A stretch of DNA of 48,594 nucleotides, from positions 1 through 48,594 of the IMG/VR virus record IMGVR_UViG_3300049859_000063. The stretch is one strand, 5' to 3'. Position 1 is the first letter of the stretch. Each line of letters opens with the position of its first letter. A program made the translations under genes and the position numbers. The notes beneath the pieces are model-generated. The model was given only the letters and a program-made list of their open reading frames with translations, made no database searches and was not told the origin of the DNA. Source of the stretch: a virus. Its lineage: Duplodnaviria; Caudoviricetes. Positions 26,804-35,385 of the stretch are shown in pieces.

Positions 26804-27529
26804 ATGAAAAAACTAACAGCGGCGGCAGATTGCATCAATTACGCCTATACTGTAAACGCACGTATCGAATCACCTGACGCAAGTCGTACCTTGTTCGAAG
26901 AGACTGGTTTATGTGCCATGTGGGCCGAACCTGATGGGTTGTTGGCTAAGCAAGAACTGTTCGGATTCATCGACGTGTTTGATGAGGGCCACATAGAAGG
27001 CTTTCCAGACGGTAGCGGAGACGTGGCGGTTATTGCGTTCCGTGGCACAGACGGGTTTCACGATTGGTTATCTAATGCGGATCATGATCTCGTTAGCGTA
27101 GATGGGTGCAAGCACGATCCAAAGGTGCATGAGGGCTATTTGAAAATATACAACCAGCTTCACGAAAACTATGTCTTACCGTGGCTCGAACAAAACAAGT
27201 CGATCAAGAATATCATCATAACCGGTCATAGCTTGGGTGCTGCGTTAGCCACATTATGCGCCTACAGATTGCTTGATCGTAACATCGAATTGATCACATT
27301 CGCCAGCCCACGAGTCGGCGATGTTGATTTCTGCATGTTGCTCGAACAACGTTTAAAGAACAACCTGCGGATAATCAACACCGAGGACATTGTTCCAACG
27401 TTACCGCTGCCGACTGATACGCAAGGTTTCAGTCATTGCGGAACGTTGCTGGCATTCACTCTTAATTCTAAGGGGGTAATTGGCAATCATGCAATGAGTT
27501 TGTATAAGAGTGCGACTCCCTACATTTAG
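26804..27529 (+). CDS. Class 3 (fungal-type) lipase, alpha/beta hydrolase
   Basis: IAFRGT, VHEGY, nucleophile elbow ITGHSLGAALA, TFASPRVG, DIVPTLP, C-terminal NH...Y. Confidence 0.9.
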   Translation: MKKLTAAADCINYAYTVNARIESPDASRTLFEETGLCAMWAEPDGLLAKQELFGFIDVFDEGHIEGFPDGSGDVAVIAFRGTDGFHDWLSNADHDLVSVDGCKHDPKVHEGYLKIYNQLHENYVLPWLEQNKSIKNIIITGHSLGAALATLCAYRLLDRNIELITFASPRVGDVDFCMLLEQRLKNNLRIINTEDIVPTLPLPTDTQGFSHCGTLLAFTLNSKGVIGNHAMSLYKSATPYI

Positions 27530-27781
27530 TTATTTGCTGAACAACGTAACTAAATGGCTCCAATTTAAATTGGTAAATATGTAACCTAGAAGACCGACAA
27601 CCGACCATTGTATTGCCGTTTTTCTAATCTCTTTGTACGCCGCCGACCGGTCAGTTTCGGCGGCAATCTTCGCAGCAACCCAGTCATGATGCTGCTCATG
27701 GTCGTGGCTAGATATGCCGTTGTAATGCTCCTTAAGAGCATCCGCTATTACTTTTTCAATATCTGATAAGTTGGCACACAT
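27530..27781 (-). CDS. Small single-TM membrane protein, possible holin
   Basis: Last gene of the late operon; C-terminal hydrophobic helix AIQWSVVGLLGYIF; TAATG coupling at 27781. Confidence 0.5.
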   Translation of the reverse strand: MCANLSDIEKVIADALKEHYNGISSHDHEQHHDWVAAKIAAETDRSAAYKEIRKTAIQWSVVGLLGYIFTNLNWSHLVTLFSK

Positions 27782-28326
27782 TAGACCGACTCCCATGTTA
27801 TTGCCGACAGTTCATCGGTTGAAGTGACCGCGTTACACAGCGACTTTAGTGATTGGTAATGCCAAAATATTGCTTGATTGCGTTCAAGGATTGCCATTGC
27901 AAGGCCTTGTAGCTCATCGCGAGTCATTGGAATGTTAACGTTAGCGATTGATCGAAGCCTAAAGTCGGCTGGCAAACTACCGGGAGCCAACAGTCTTGTG
28001 TAAAGAGTTAGTTGTTCGTCTTCAGCTTTGAACATATTGCCGTTGAATAAAATCGGCTCAGCACTCCTAGCTGACATTTCGTATGACAACTGATATGTTT
28101 TTAGCTTGATTCGTTCTGCCAAGGTTAACAACAACTCTTCAGGCACCGCTTCAGGTTTTCCATCGGGACCTGTACGAATGACATGACCGGCAGCGTGGAG
28201 CTGGAATAGGTTAGAGTATTCTTCGAATGTTATCTCAACCGAACCTTCAACAGACTCTTCGTAGAAACCGCCTGTTGTTGGCGAATAAAACATGCTGTTC
28301 GGTTTGTCGTTTATTTGAGTAATCAT
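27781..28326 (-). CDS. Tail fibre assembly protein (DUF4376-like C-terminus)
   Basis: FYSPTTGGFY...VEITFEEY...GPDGKP; C-terminal ANVNIPMTRDELQGL...AITW. Confidence 0.8.
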   Translation of the reverse strand: MITQINDKPNSMFYSPTTGGFYEESVEGSVEITFEEYSNLFQLHAAGHVIRTGPDGKPEAVPEELLLTLAERIKLKTYQLSYEMSARSAEPILFNGNMFKAEDEQLTLYTRLLAPGSLPADFRLRSIANVNIPMTRDELQGLAMAILERNQAIFWHYQSLKSLCNAVTSTDELSAITWESV

Positions 28327-28327
28327 A

Positions 28328-29749
28328 TTATCGTCCGGTTACTTTGTAGAAAAAACCCATCGAGGAAATATCACTGTATGCTGTGAATTGTGAAGTTGTG
28401 AATGAGCCATCGGTCCAGACAACAGCGCTTTGCCCTATCGGGGTTCCCCCGTAAGTTATTGCGCACGCGAAATCTATGTTGGCGAGCAACACAGGGAACG
28501 TAATTGGCAATGTGACTGTGATCGGAGCGCCTACGGTGGCGCTTGATGTAGCGAATCCCCATTGAGTTATCACGCCATTCGGTTCTTTTTTATAACCAAA
28601 CAAAGGTGTTCCGATGTTACTAACTAACTTGAATGATTCAGAATACCGCAGTTGCGCCGTTCCACCTACTGCCAACCATTGGCCTGAGCTAACACGTTCG
28701 ACCGTCAACGAGTCACCTGCGTATAATAATAGCCCGCTTGGATTAGTAAACATCGTGTTGTTGACGATGATCGATTCGCCTGTATTAGCGACGATGAATG
28801 TGCCGCTTGTTGATGCCGACTCGCTGAATATTTCAAACCGTTGCCCGTCAGCGACGCCTGATAAAGCAGGCAAGGTCAATTGCAATAGACCTGATGCGTG
28901 CGCGGCGACAATTGTGCCGCCCAACGAAGATGTCGATAAAGTTTGATTTACAGTAACTGTCGTGATGGATTTGCTTCGCAGACCTAGTGCGTTAGTCACA
29001 GCTGTACCGACAAACTCAGTGTTTGCTATCAACTTAGAGCTGTCGCCCGGCGTTGCTGTGTCAGCGGTGGCGTTCGCATAGGCGACATTAGTGCCGTCGG
29101 CCATGACCGAAGCTGCGTAACCTTGTTTAACGACAACACCTGTGCCAGTTGCTTGTGCGATTGTTACAGTGAAAGCGCCGGTTGTAGCGTTTCGGAATAC
29201 CCACGATTTCACTCCGGTCGGTACTGTGACTTGGATATTAGCCGTAATCACGCCTGTAAGTAATATTGTGTGTTTGTTCGCTTCGTCAGCGGTCAGTGTT
29301 ACATTCGACCCGCCTGCGATGGATTTGGTTAGATAATCCACACCCGTGACTGTAACCCAACCAGCACCGCCGGTATCCGGGTTAGTTAGATTGTTATCGA
29401 CAGTATTCGCCCAAAATCCGGTATTGTCGGCTTTAACCAACACCGCTTTATTCGGATAACCCCCAATAGCGGTTGAGAACGTCGAATCATAATAAGCACA
29501 GCCACCGGCCTCCTGCCAGCGCAACGCTGCGCTAATATTGTTAAGCACCCCGTTCATATCCTGCCCGAATGGAGGTACGCCGCCACCTTCGACCGGGGTG
29601 AAATTCAACGGTGGGAAGCCGTCAGTCCATGACGCAGCTCCGGCTTCTATCGATATTTGAGACGGGACCGGGATAGTTCTGATATAACTTGGCCCGGCGC
29701 TATTACCAAACGGCACCGTTATTAGTGCCGGTTTCTGTGTTAATTGCAT
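28328..29749 (-). CDS. Tail fibre protein
   Basis: N-terminus ASWTDGFPP...GGVPPFGQDMNGVL...AIGGYP; IANTEFV; C-terminal GYKKEPNGVITQWG...ITFP. Confidence 0.88.
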   Translation of the reverse strand: MQLTQKPALITVPFGNSAGPSYIRTIPVPSQISIEAGAASWTDGFPPLNFTPVEGGGVPPFGQDMNGVLNNISAALRWQEAGGCAYYDSTFSTAIGGYPNKAVLVKADNTGFWANTVDNNLTNPDTGGAGWVTVTGVDYLTKSIAGGSNVTLTADEANKHTILLTGVITANIQVTVPTGVKSWVFRNATTGAFTVTIAQATGTGVVVKQGYAASVMADGTNVAYANATADTATPGDSSKLIANTEFVGTAVTNALGLRSKSITTVTVNQTLSTSSLGGTIVAAHASGLLQLTLPALSGVADGQRFEIFSESASTSGTFIVANTGESIIVNNTMFTNPSGLLLYAGDSLTVERVSSGQWLAVGGTAQLRYSESFKLVSNIGTPLFGYKKEPNGVITQWGFATSSATVGAPITVTLPITFPVLLANIDFACAITYGGTPIGQSAVVWTDGSFTTSQFTAYSDISSMGFFYKVTGR

Positions 29750-30405
29750 TATAAAAATCCTCTGAAAAATATACCGTTGCCGAAACCGTAACCGGCGGTT
29801 ATGAAACCGGCCTCTTTAAATCCGAAATTATGATAGCGCTCGATTTGAATAATATCGAATTGTACGCCGGTCGGGTTGCTAAACGCGCCTGACTGCTTTA
29901 GTATCGCTAATTCAAACGGTTGCAATATAAATTCGAACGTTAGACGTGCTGACATGTTGCCTATGTCACTGACGTAAGCATTCCCCCTGCCGGGGAATAG
30001 TTTCATTAACATAGCGTTGTACATTGATGATGTGCAACGGCTGATATTCGCCAACGCTTTAACGAGAATCAGCACACGAAACGCATCATCAGATAGATTG
30101 TAACTAGACCCGATAGTCGTGCCTTGGAAAAACCGCGCTTGACCGAATGGTGTGTAATCAATCGTACCACCTTCTTTGTAACCTAAGACCGGTTCGTTGC
30201 CTAATTCAAGCACGCGCGATACCCCGACTATCCGGCCCCATACGTCGAGCCCGTACCCTTCGGCTGTGCTGACATCCCACACCTTCGCATACCATTCGTC
30301 GATGTTCGCAGACGGATCGATGTTTGTGTTTGCCATATCGATAATCGACATAATAATAGGCGAGTTCGCATACTGGCTCAGTATCGTCTCTTCTATGTTA
30401 ATCAT
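29749..30405 (-). CDS. Baseplate wedge protein (DUF2612-like)
   Basis: TILSQYANSP, TAEGYGLDVWGRIVGVSR, LSDDAFRVLI. Confidence 0.85.
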   Translation of the reverse strand: MINIEETILSQYANSPIIMSIIDMANTNIDPSANIDEWYAKVWDVSTAEGYGLDVWGRIVGVSRVLELGNEPVLGYKEGGTIDYTPFGQARFFQGTTIGSSYNLSDDAFRVLILVKALANISRCTSSMYNAMLMKLFPGRGNAYVSDIGNMSARLTFEFILQPFELAILKQSGAFSNPTGVQFDIIQIERYHNFGFKEAGFITAGYGFGNGIFFRGFL

Positions 30406-31817
30406 GCGAACGACACCGCTATGTCACTGTCAGTGAGTGTAGGGACCTGACTACCGCCGACCAGCACGTATTGCAGGTTGGCCGCGATTACACCAACCTC
30501 AATCTCGATAACTTGCGCCCATGAACCCAAGGCAAATAACGGCGCGTAATATCGAGAGTGGTAGATTGTGCCGCCGATGCGAGCACGTTGCCCGCCGTCA
30601 GCGCCATTAAATGCCGACTGGATCGCAGCCTTGATCAACGTAACAGCATCCGACGGCACACCGATGCTGGAAGCCATCACGATGTTGAATTTGATCGCCA
30701 GCGGCGTAGGTCGTTGGAATGCGACATCATAGAAGGGGTAAGGCGTTGTGTATAGCCCGTTACCGCTGTCAGTGATTCGGACAACTGTCGAACCGTTGTA
30801 GTCGCAGCCAGTTGATTTTTTAGACCATATCGCGTTTGCTATCGCTGTCGAATCGCCGCCGTACACGCACACATACAAGGAGTGCGGTAACAACGAGACC
30901 CCGCCTAAATTCGCGCTCATCGCCTCAGAGCCGACAGTCTGTGAGATCGATACCACATAGTTGCCAGTACCACCCGAACCCGTGCCGAATGCGCTTATAA
31001 CTGTGCCTTGCGCGATACCCGCGCCGGTCACGATATAACCAACCTTAAGCGTCCCGGCAGCGACAGCGGTCACTGTTAGCGTCGTTCCGGCAATGCTGGC
31101 GGTGAATGACGCGCCCGACTGGACACCGGTCACGTTCTCAATCGCATATGCATCGAGAACGCCAGTTACGCCGAAGACAGCTCCAAGAACAGCAGGTAAC
31201 GACCCTTGCGCGTTTGCCGCAACCGAGGCCGCGCGGCGATATTCGAAATCAACACGTGATTCAACATCACGACCGAGTACCCCGGCGGTTAAGTTATCGA
31301 CGGCATCCCAACCTGGAATGGCTTTATAGATTGAGTCTATGAAACCTGTAGGACACGGTATGGGTCCGGTTGTCACCGCGCTAAACACGATGTCAACAGT
31401 ACCGCCTGCACCAATGGCCCCGGCATCGGTGGATGCGTACACGATACCGGCTTGATCTTTGATCAAACTGCCAGCAGGGATTGACACACCGACCCCACCT
31501 GTGCATGTGACTGTAACAGTTGTGGAAGATGCCGGGATGCGCGTTAGGAAATAAATTCGGCCTATCGCATCCTGGAACCGACCGGACGCATAGGATGGAT
31601 CGACACCGTTCGCCATTTGAGTAAATTGCGCGTTTTCGTCGGCAATGATTGCAGCGATACTTGTCGCTAGTTGGCCTTGCGGTGTTGATAGTGCTGGATC
31701 AAGATCGCCGCCAAATGCTGCGTTTATGTCATTGAAAACGCCCGTATATATGTCAGCTTCGGCGGGTGCAACGAAGCCTTTATCTGTGAATGATGGGGTC
31801 GGTACGGACGTTGGCAT
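30402..31817 (-). CDS. Baseplate J-like protein with an inserted Gly/Thr domain
   Basis: STPQGQLA, GRFQDAIGRIYFLTR, GRDVESR, PHSLYVCVYGG. Start ATG 31817; insertion at ~30905-31110. Confidence 0.88.
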   Translation of the reverse strand: MPTSVPTPSFTDKGFVAPAEADIYTGVFNDINAAFGGDLDPALSTPQGQLATSIAAIIADENAQFTQMANGVDPSYASGRFQDAIGRIYFLTRIPASSTTVTVTCTGGVGVSIPAGSLIKDQAGIVYASTDAGAIGAGGTVDIVFSAVTTGPIPCPTGFIDSIYKAIPGWDAVDNLTAGVLGRDVESRVDFEYRRAASVAANAQGSLPAVLGAVFGVTGVLDAYAIENVTGVQSGASFTASIAGTTLTVTAVAAGTLKVGYIVTGAGIAQGTVISAFGTGSGGTGNYVVSISQTVGSEAMSANLGGVSLLPHSLYVCVYGGDSTAIANAIWSKKSTGCDYNGSTVVRITDSGNGLYTTPYPFYDVAFQRPTPLAIKFNIVMASSIGVPSDAVTLIKAAIQSAFNGADGGQRARIGGTIYHSRYYAPLFALGSWAQVIEIEVGVIAANLQYVLVGGSQVPTLTDSDIAVSFA

Positions 31818-31829
31818 AAGAAAATTCTC

Positions 31830-31857
31830 TTGACATATAAGCAAATTCGCTTAAAAT
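31830..31857 (+). promoter_or_regulatory. Promoter of the opposite-strand two-gene insert, with a variant operator
   Basis: TTGACA 31830-31835, 16 bp, TAAAAT 31852-31857; imperfect palindrome TAAGCAAA-TTCGCTTA in the spacer. Confidence 0.6.
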
Positions 31858-31906
31858 TGGTCACCTGTTTATCAGATAATAACACAACCAATCAGGAGTA
31901 CACAAT

Positions 31907-32251
31907 ATGCAGGCATCGAAGGCAGTGAGTATCGTCGGACCGAAAGGACCGAAAAAAACCGCGTTGCTACAACGCATTGCGTCGGAGTTCGGAGATTTTC
32001 TCGAAATATCGATAGATGACATGTTTGATCGAGAAAAGTTTAACGACTTTTTGATATTGGGAGTGAAGACAATAATCATCGACGGCACCACTAAGAATGC
32101 ATCATTATGCAATAGATTGCATAAACTGGCATCAAGTAGCCATACCACTGTAGTTGATTCGGACGGCAGATATGTGCGCGTGAGAACCCCTAATTTATTA
32201 TTCAACGTTGAACAAACAGACGGCGGGGCTATCGGTGGAGTGATTTCATGA
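31907..32251 (+). CDS. Small degenerate P-loop NTPase-like protein
   Basis: IVGPKGPKKTALL (Walker A-like), TIIIDG (Walker B-like); RBS CAGGAG. Confidence 0.6.
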   Translation: MQASKAVSIVGPKGPKKTALLQRIASEFGDFLEISIDDMFDREKFNDFLILGVKTIIIDGTTKNASLCNRLHKLASSSHTTVVDSDGRYVRVRTPNLLFNVEQTDGGAIGGVIS

Positions 32252-32673
32252 TGATTGAATCAGAAGTAACATTCACAGCAAGTATTAATAGGACGATTCT
32301 ACGGGTGACCGGTATAACCGGCGGAACACTTAAGATCGGTCACATCGTAACGGGAGCTAGTGTAGCACAAGGAACGGTAATCACCGGTCAAACTAGAGGG
32401 TTGCCGGGGGGTAGAGGGGATTATGTTGTTAACATAGCGCAAACTATCGTTTCTGAAACCATGAGTGCAAATAAATCATGCATAATCACGACCGGAATAA
32501 AATCAGGCGCGACGCTGAAACGACTGAGAAAATATCACAAACTCACTCAGGTCGAGTTTGCTAAGCTGTCGGGCGTGTCTGTTAGGACGATCAGCACTAT
32601 AGAGGTGTACGGGGCGAGAATTAGCACTAAATACGAAGCAGCATTCCTAGCCGTATTCAAATCACTGGGTTAA
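32248..32673 (+). CDS. Fusion of virion-type Gly/Thr domain and XRE HTH
   Basis: N-terminal FTASINRTILRVT...GTLKIGHIVTG...DYVVNIAQT; C-terminal LKRLRKYHKLTQVEFAKLSGVSVRTISTIE. Confidence 0.8.
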   Translation: MMIESEVTFTASINRTILRVTGITGGTLKIGHIVTGASVAQGTVITGQTRGLPGGRGDYVVNIAQTIVSETMSANKSCIITTGIKSGATLKRLRKYHKLTQVEFAKLSGVSVRTISTIEVYGARISTKYEAAFLAVFKSLG

Positions 32674-33020
32674 ATATTAAACGCTTGCACGTTGCCGGTC
32701 ACATCTGTTACTTGCAGTTGACCGGTCAATGTGCGCTCGTCAAATGATGTGAAAAACATCCTAGCATCGGTCACGCCCGGCACCGTTTTAGCCACTCTAA
32801 TCAACTCGGACCGAACATATTCAATTGGCGGGTTTTGTCCCAATATCGATACGTTATATGTAATTCCAATATCCGTATCGTAGTATGCCTCGCCTTTAAA
32901 CACTCGTGTTGCAGACGCCGCGTTTTGTGCCAAGACATATGGATCGCTTGCTACTGCGATACCTCGTGCCGAATCGACAGCTAAATCCCATGTCACCGGG
33001 TCTAGGTATAAGCTCTTCAT
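32670..33020 (-). CDS. Baseplate wedge / sheath initiator protein
   Basis: LYLDPVTWDL, FKGEAYYDTDIGITY, TVPGV; positioned between spike and J. Confidence 0.78.
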   Translation of the reverse strand: MKSLYLDPVTWDLAVDSARGIAVASDPYVLAQNAASATRVFKGEAYYDTDIGITYNVSILGQNPPIEYVRSELIRVAKTVPGVTDARMFFTSFDERTLTGQLQVTDVTGNVQAFNI

Positions 33021-33655
33021 TAGTTAACCGCTCCCGTGTTGCCACCGCCAGTTTGCACACCGTTGTGGGTGTGGGTATTATCGATTGTCTTACCATTTGC
33101 CTGCACGCTGCCTGTCACATGGACCGCGCCATTTATGTTAATGTTCGGCGCATTGATCGTAACAGCGGTAGGTGAAATTAACTCAATACCTGTAGCAGCA
33201 AACCGAACATATTGCGTCGGCTGGCCGTTGAGAACACCTCCTAAATAGATGCCGTCGGCAATATCGAATGTTCGAGCACTGCCGGGATTACTGCGTTTCT
33301 TAGTGCGCTGGACCGCTGAAATGTCTCGGCTGGCAAACACGGCTATTCCAATGTCGCCGACCTTCGGATCAATGATGACAGCATTAGCGCCACCTTGGAG
33401 CCGGAAATAGCAGCAATGGTAGATCGTGTTTGTTACAATCGGCGTTCCATCGGCAGCCATCGGATTGACCATTAATTTCATATCAACAAACCCGACAGGC
33501 GCTAATTCGTCATTGTTGCTGACTGCCATCACTTGAACAAGCGCAGTTGTGTTAACCTTGGCAATCAGCGAGTTGATTAGGAAATGGGTCGCGTTAAATT
33601 CGTCATTGCCTGATGTCGGCTCTTGATACCCTTTGACACCATTGTTATCGGACAT
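33020..33655 (-). CDS. Baseplate central spike protein (gp138/gpV-like)
   Basis: RLQGGANAVIIDPKVGDIG; C-terminal HTH metal-binding tip THTHNGVQTGG. Confidence 0.88.
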   Translation of the reverse strand: MSDNNGVKGYQEPTSGNDEFNATHFLINSLIAKVNTTALVQVMAVSNNDELAPVGFVDMKLMVNPMAADGTPIVTNTIYHCCYFRLQGGANAVIIDPKVGDIGIAVFASRDISAVQRTKKRSNPGSARTFDIADGIYLGGVLNGQPTQYVRFAATGIELISPTAVTINAPNININGAVHVTGSVQANGKTIDNTHTHNGVQTGGGNTGAVN

Positions 33656-34524
33656 TATTTTAATACCAGTGCGTCAGGTTTGGTCAAATACAATTGGCTA
33701 AACCACGAACCGCCGGGCATTTTCGCAGCAATATCGTGGTTTAATTGGGTCACTCGCCATAGACCGTCTGTGTTTTTCAAACTACTTTTGACTTCGACAA
33801 GCTGACCGAAACGGATCGTCGGCTCATACAGTATATTGACTATCAGACTGTTGCTTGAATAAGTCGGGTATCCAACCATACCAGTGTCGGGTGAGATCAC
33901 GTAAGGAATGCTTTGACGATGGGAGCCTTTCGGCCATATTGCAACGGTGCCGTTATCGATAATCCAATCGAAACCGGCGGCTCTGGCGCACGTCTCAAGC
34001 ATATTCCTACCGGCACCGATGAAATACGGGTTGTTTAGAATCGCATAGCAACCGTTGTTCTCGAAGTGTAGTCCCATCGACCGAGCTAGGTCAGCGATAA
34101 TGATAGCCGCGTCTATGTCGCCTTTATAGCTCAGATGATCGGCGGGTATAATCGCTTCGATCATGCCGACCGAGCCGAGGATGTTGAACGAAACATCGGG
34201 TGCGTTGGACATGTCGGCAATGGCTGATGTGAGCGTGCCTTGCCAAACCATGCACATTCCACGAACATCATCACCCGCGTACACTGTGACGATGTTCCGC
34301 TGATAAACAACAGGCAGTTTGCCGATAGTCGTCAGGTCGTTGATGAGGTCTGGTGCTAGTCCGAACACTTGACCTTGTAGCGAACCCATGCCAGCCCCGC
34401 CCTGCTCAGACATATATAGCGCGATACGGAGACCTTTCAAGCGAACAGTTCGACCTTCTTCGATCCCCTGTTGCCCGGAACCGAATTTTATTTCCAGTTC
34501 TATTTTTCTATGCAGGAACGACAT
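33655..34524 (-). CDS. Baseplate hub protein
   Basis: FENNG, ISPDTGMVGYP, P.IRFG; synteny. Confidence 0.8.
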   Translation of the reverse strand: MSFLHRKIELEIKFGSGQQGIEEGRTVRLKGLRIALYMSEQGGAGMGSLQGQVFGLAPDLINDLTTIGKLPVVYQRNIVTVYAGDDVRGMCMVWQGTLTSAIADMSNAPDVSFNILGSVGMIEAIIPADHLSYKGDIDAAIIIADLARSMGLHFENNGCYAILNNPYFIGAGRNMLETCARAAGFDWIIDNGTVAIWPKGSHRQSIPYVISPDTGMVGYPTYSSNSLIVNILYEPTIRFGQLVEVKSSLKNTDGLWRVTQLNHDIAAKMPGGSWFSQLYLTKPDALVLK

Positions 34525-34807
34525 AATAAAGAATGTATCGAGTGCCTAAGCCGGGGCTGGCTGGATCACTAGCCCCTTGGGTGTCATGGAAAGCGAGATC
34601 GCCTATAAACCCCAGGTAACCATCGCGAACGATTTTATTCAGATTATGACATTGAACCCCGCCGACGATCAACGAATCATTGACGTACAGGTTTATGAAT
34701 AGCCCATAGTCAGATTGACTCAGCTCAATTCGGCATTGCTGGCCGCCCAACGCAACGTAGAGAATTTGATTCGGGGAGTCAACTAATGGAATAATATAAT
34801 CACTCAT
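34508..34807 (-). CDS. Baseplate protein (small)
   Basis: IPL...PNQ...V.LGGQ, YLGFIGDL.F.DTQG..DP...GLGTRY.L.Y. Confidence 0.78.
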   Translation of the reverse strand: MSDYIIPLVDSPNQILYVALGGQQCRIELSQSDYGLFINLYVNDSLIVGGVQCHNLNKIVRDGYLGFIGDLAFHDTQGASDPASPGLGTRYILYYVVPA

Positions 34808-35385
34808 GTTGTTGCCGGAGCCGAGGGTGAACTACTAGCTTGCACAGTGCCTGATTGCGTCGAAGCGGCGCTATTTGGGTTTTTCGTGTTCGTAGTCGTG
34901 CGCACCACGGTGGCGCGAACTTCTTTTAGTTGAAGGTTGAAAGTCATCAGACCTGCACCATTAGCGGCATCGCGACTATAGTCAAACGACTCTAAGTTGC
35001 AATTCTCGAAATACTGTTCAGGAGTAACGACTGTCACCAAGTCGAGAGACGCGACTAATAATTCCAGTCTTGTTATGAATTTGACTTTATCGGCAACCGT
35101 ACCGCCTTTGGTCATTTCAACTGACGTTTCGAACGGAAGTTGTACCTTATTATATGATTGAAACCCGCCTTTCTCGACGGGGTACGTCATGATTTCGAAA
35201 TTCCGTTGATAATCTAGGGCGCTTATGGAATCAGGGTATAATATCAGTTCACCCTTTTGATTATAAATGCCCCATCCCGAACCTCGAAAAGCGTTGATCA
35301 ACCGAACCGCATCGGCAATCAGTAGCGTGACTCGGTTAAGAATCCCCGTTATTTGATTGAGCAGTGCAGGAGCGCCATTAGCCAT
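34804..35385 (-). CDS. Baseplate/tail tube initiator (Dit-like) protein
   Basis: WGIY, YPVEKGGFQSYNKVQLP, VVTPE; follows the tape measure gene. Confidence 0.8.
   Translation of the reverse strand: MANGAPALLNQITGILNRVTLLIADAVRLINAFRGSGWGIYNQKGELILYPDSISALDYQRNFEIMTYPVEKGGFQSYNKVQLPFETSVEMTKGGTVADKVKFITRLELLVASLDLVTVVTPEQYFENCNLESFDYSRDAANGAGLMTFNLQLKEVRATVVRTTTNTKNPNSAASTQSGTVQASSSPSAPATT

Noticed and set aside
28328-29749. Diversity-generating retroelement or invertible tail-fibre system
   Set aside because: No reverse transcriptase, invertase or duplicated fibre C-terminus was seen.
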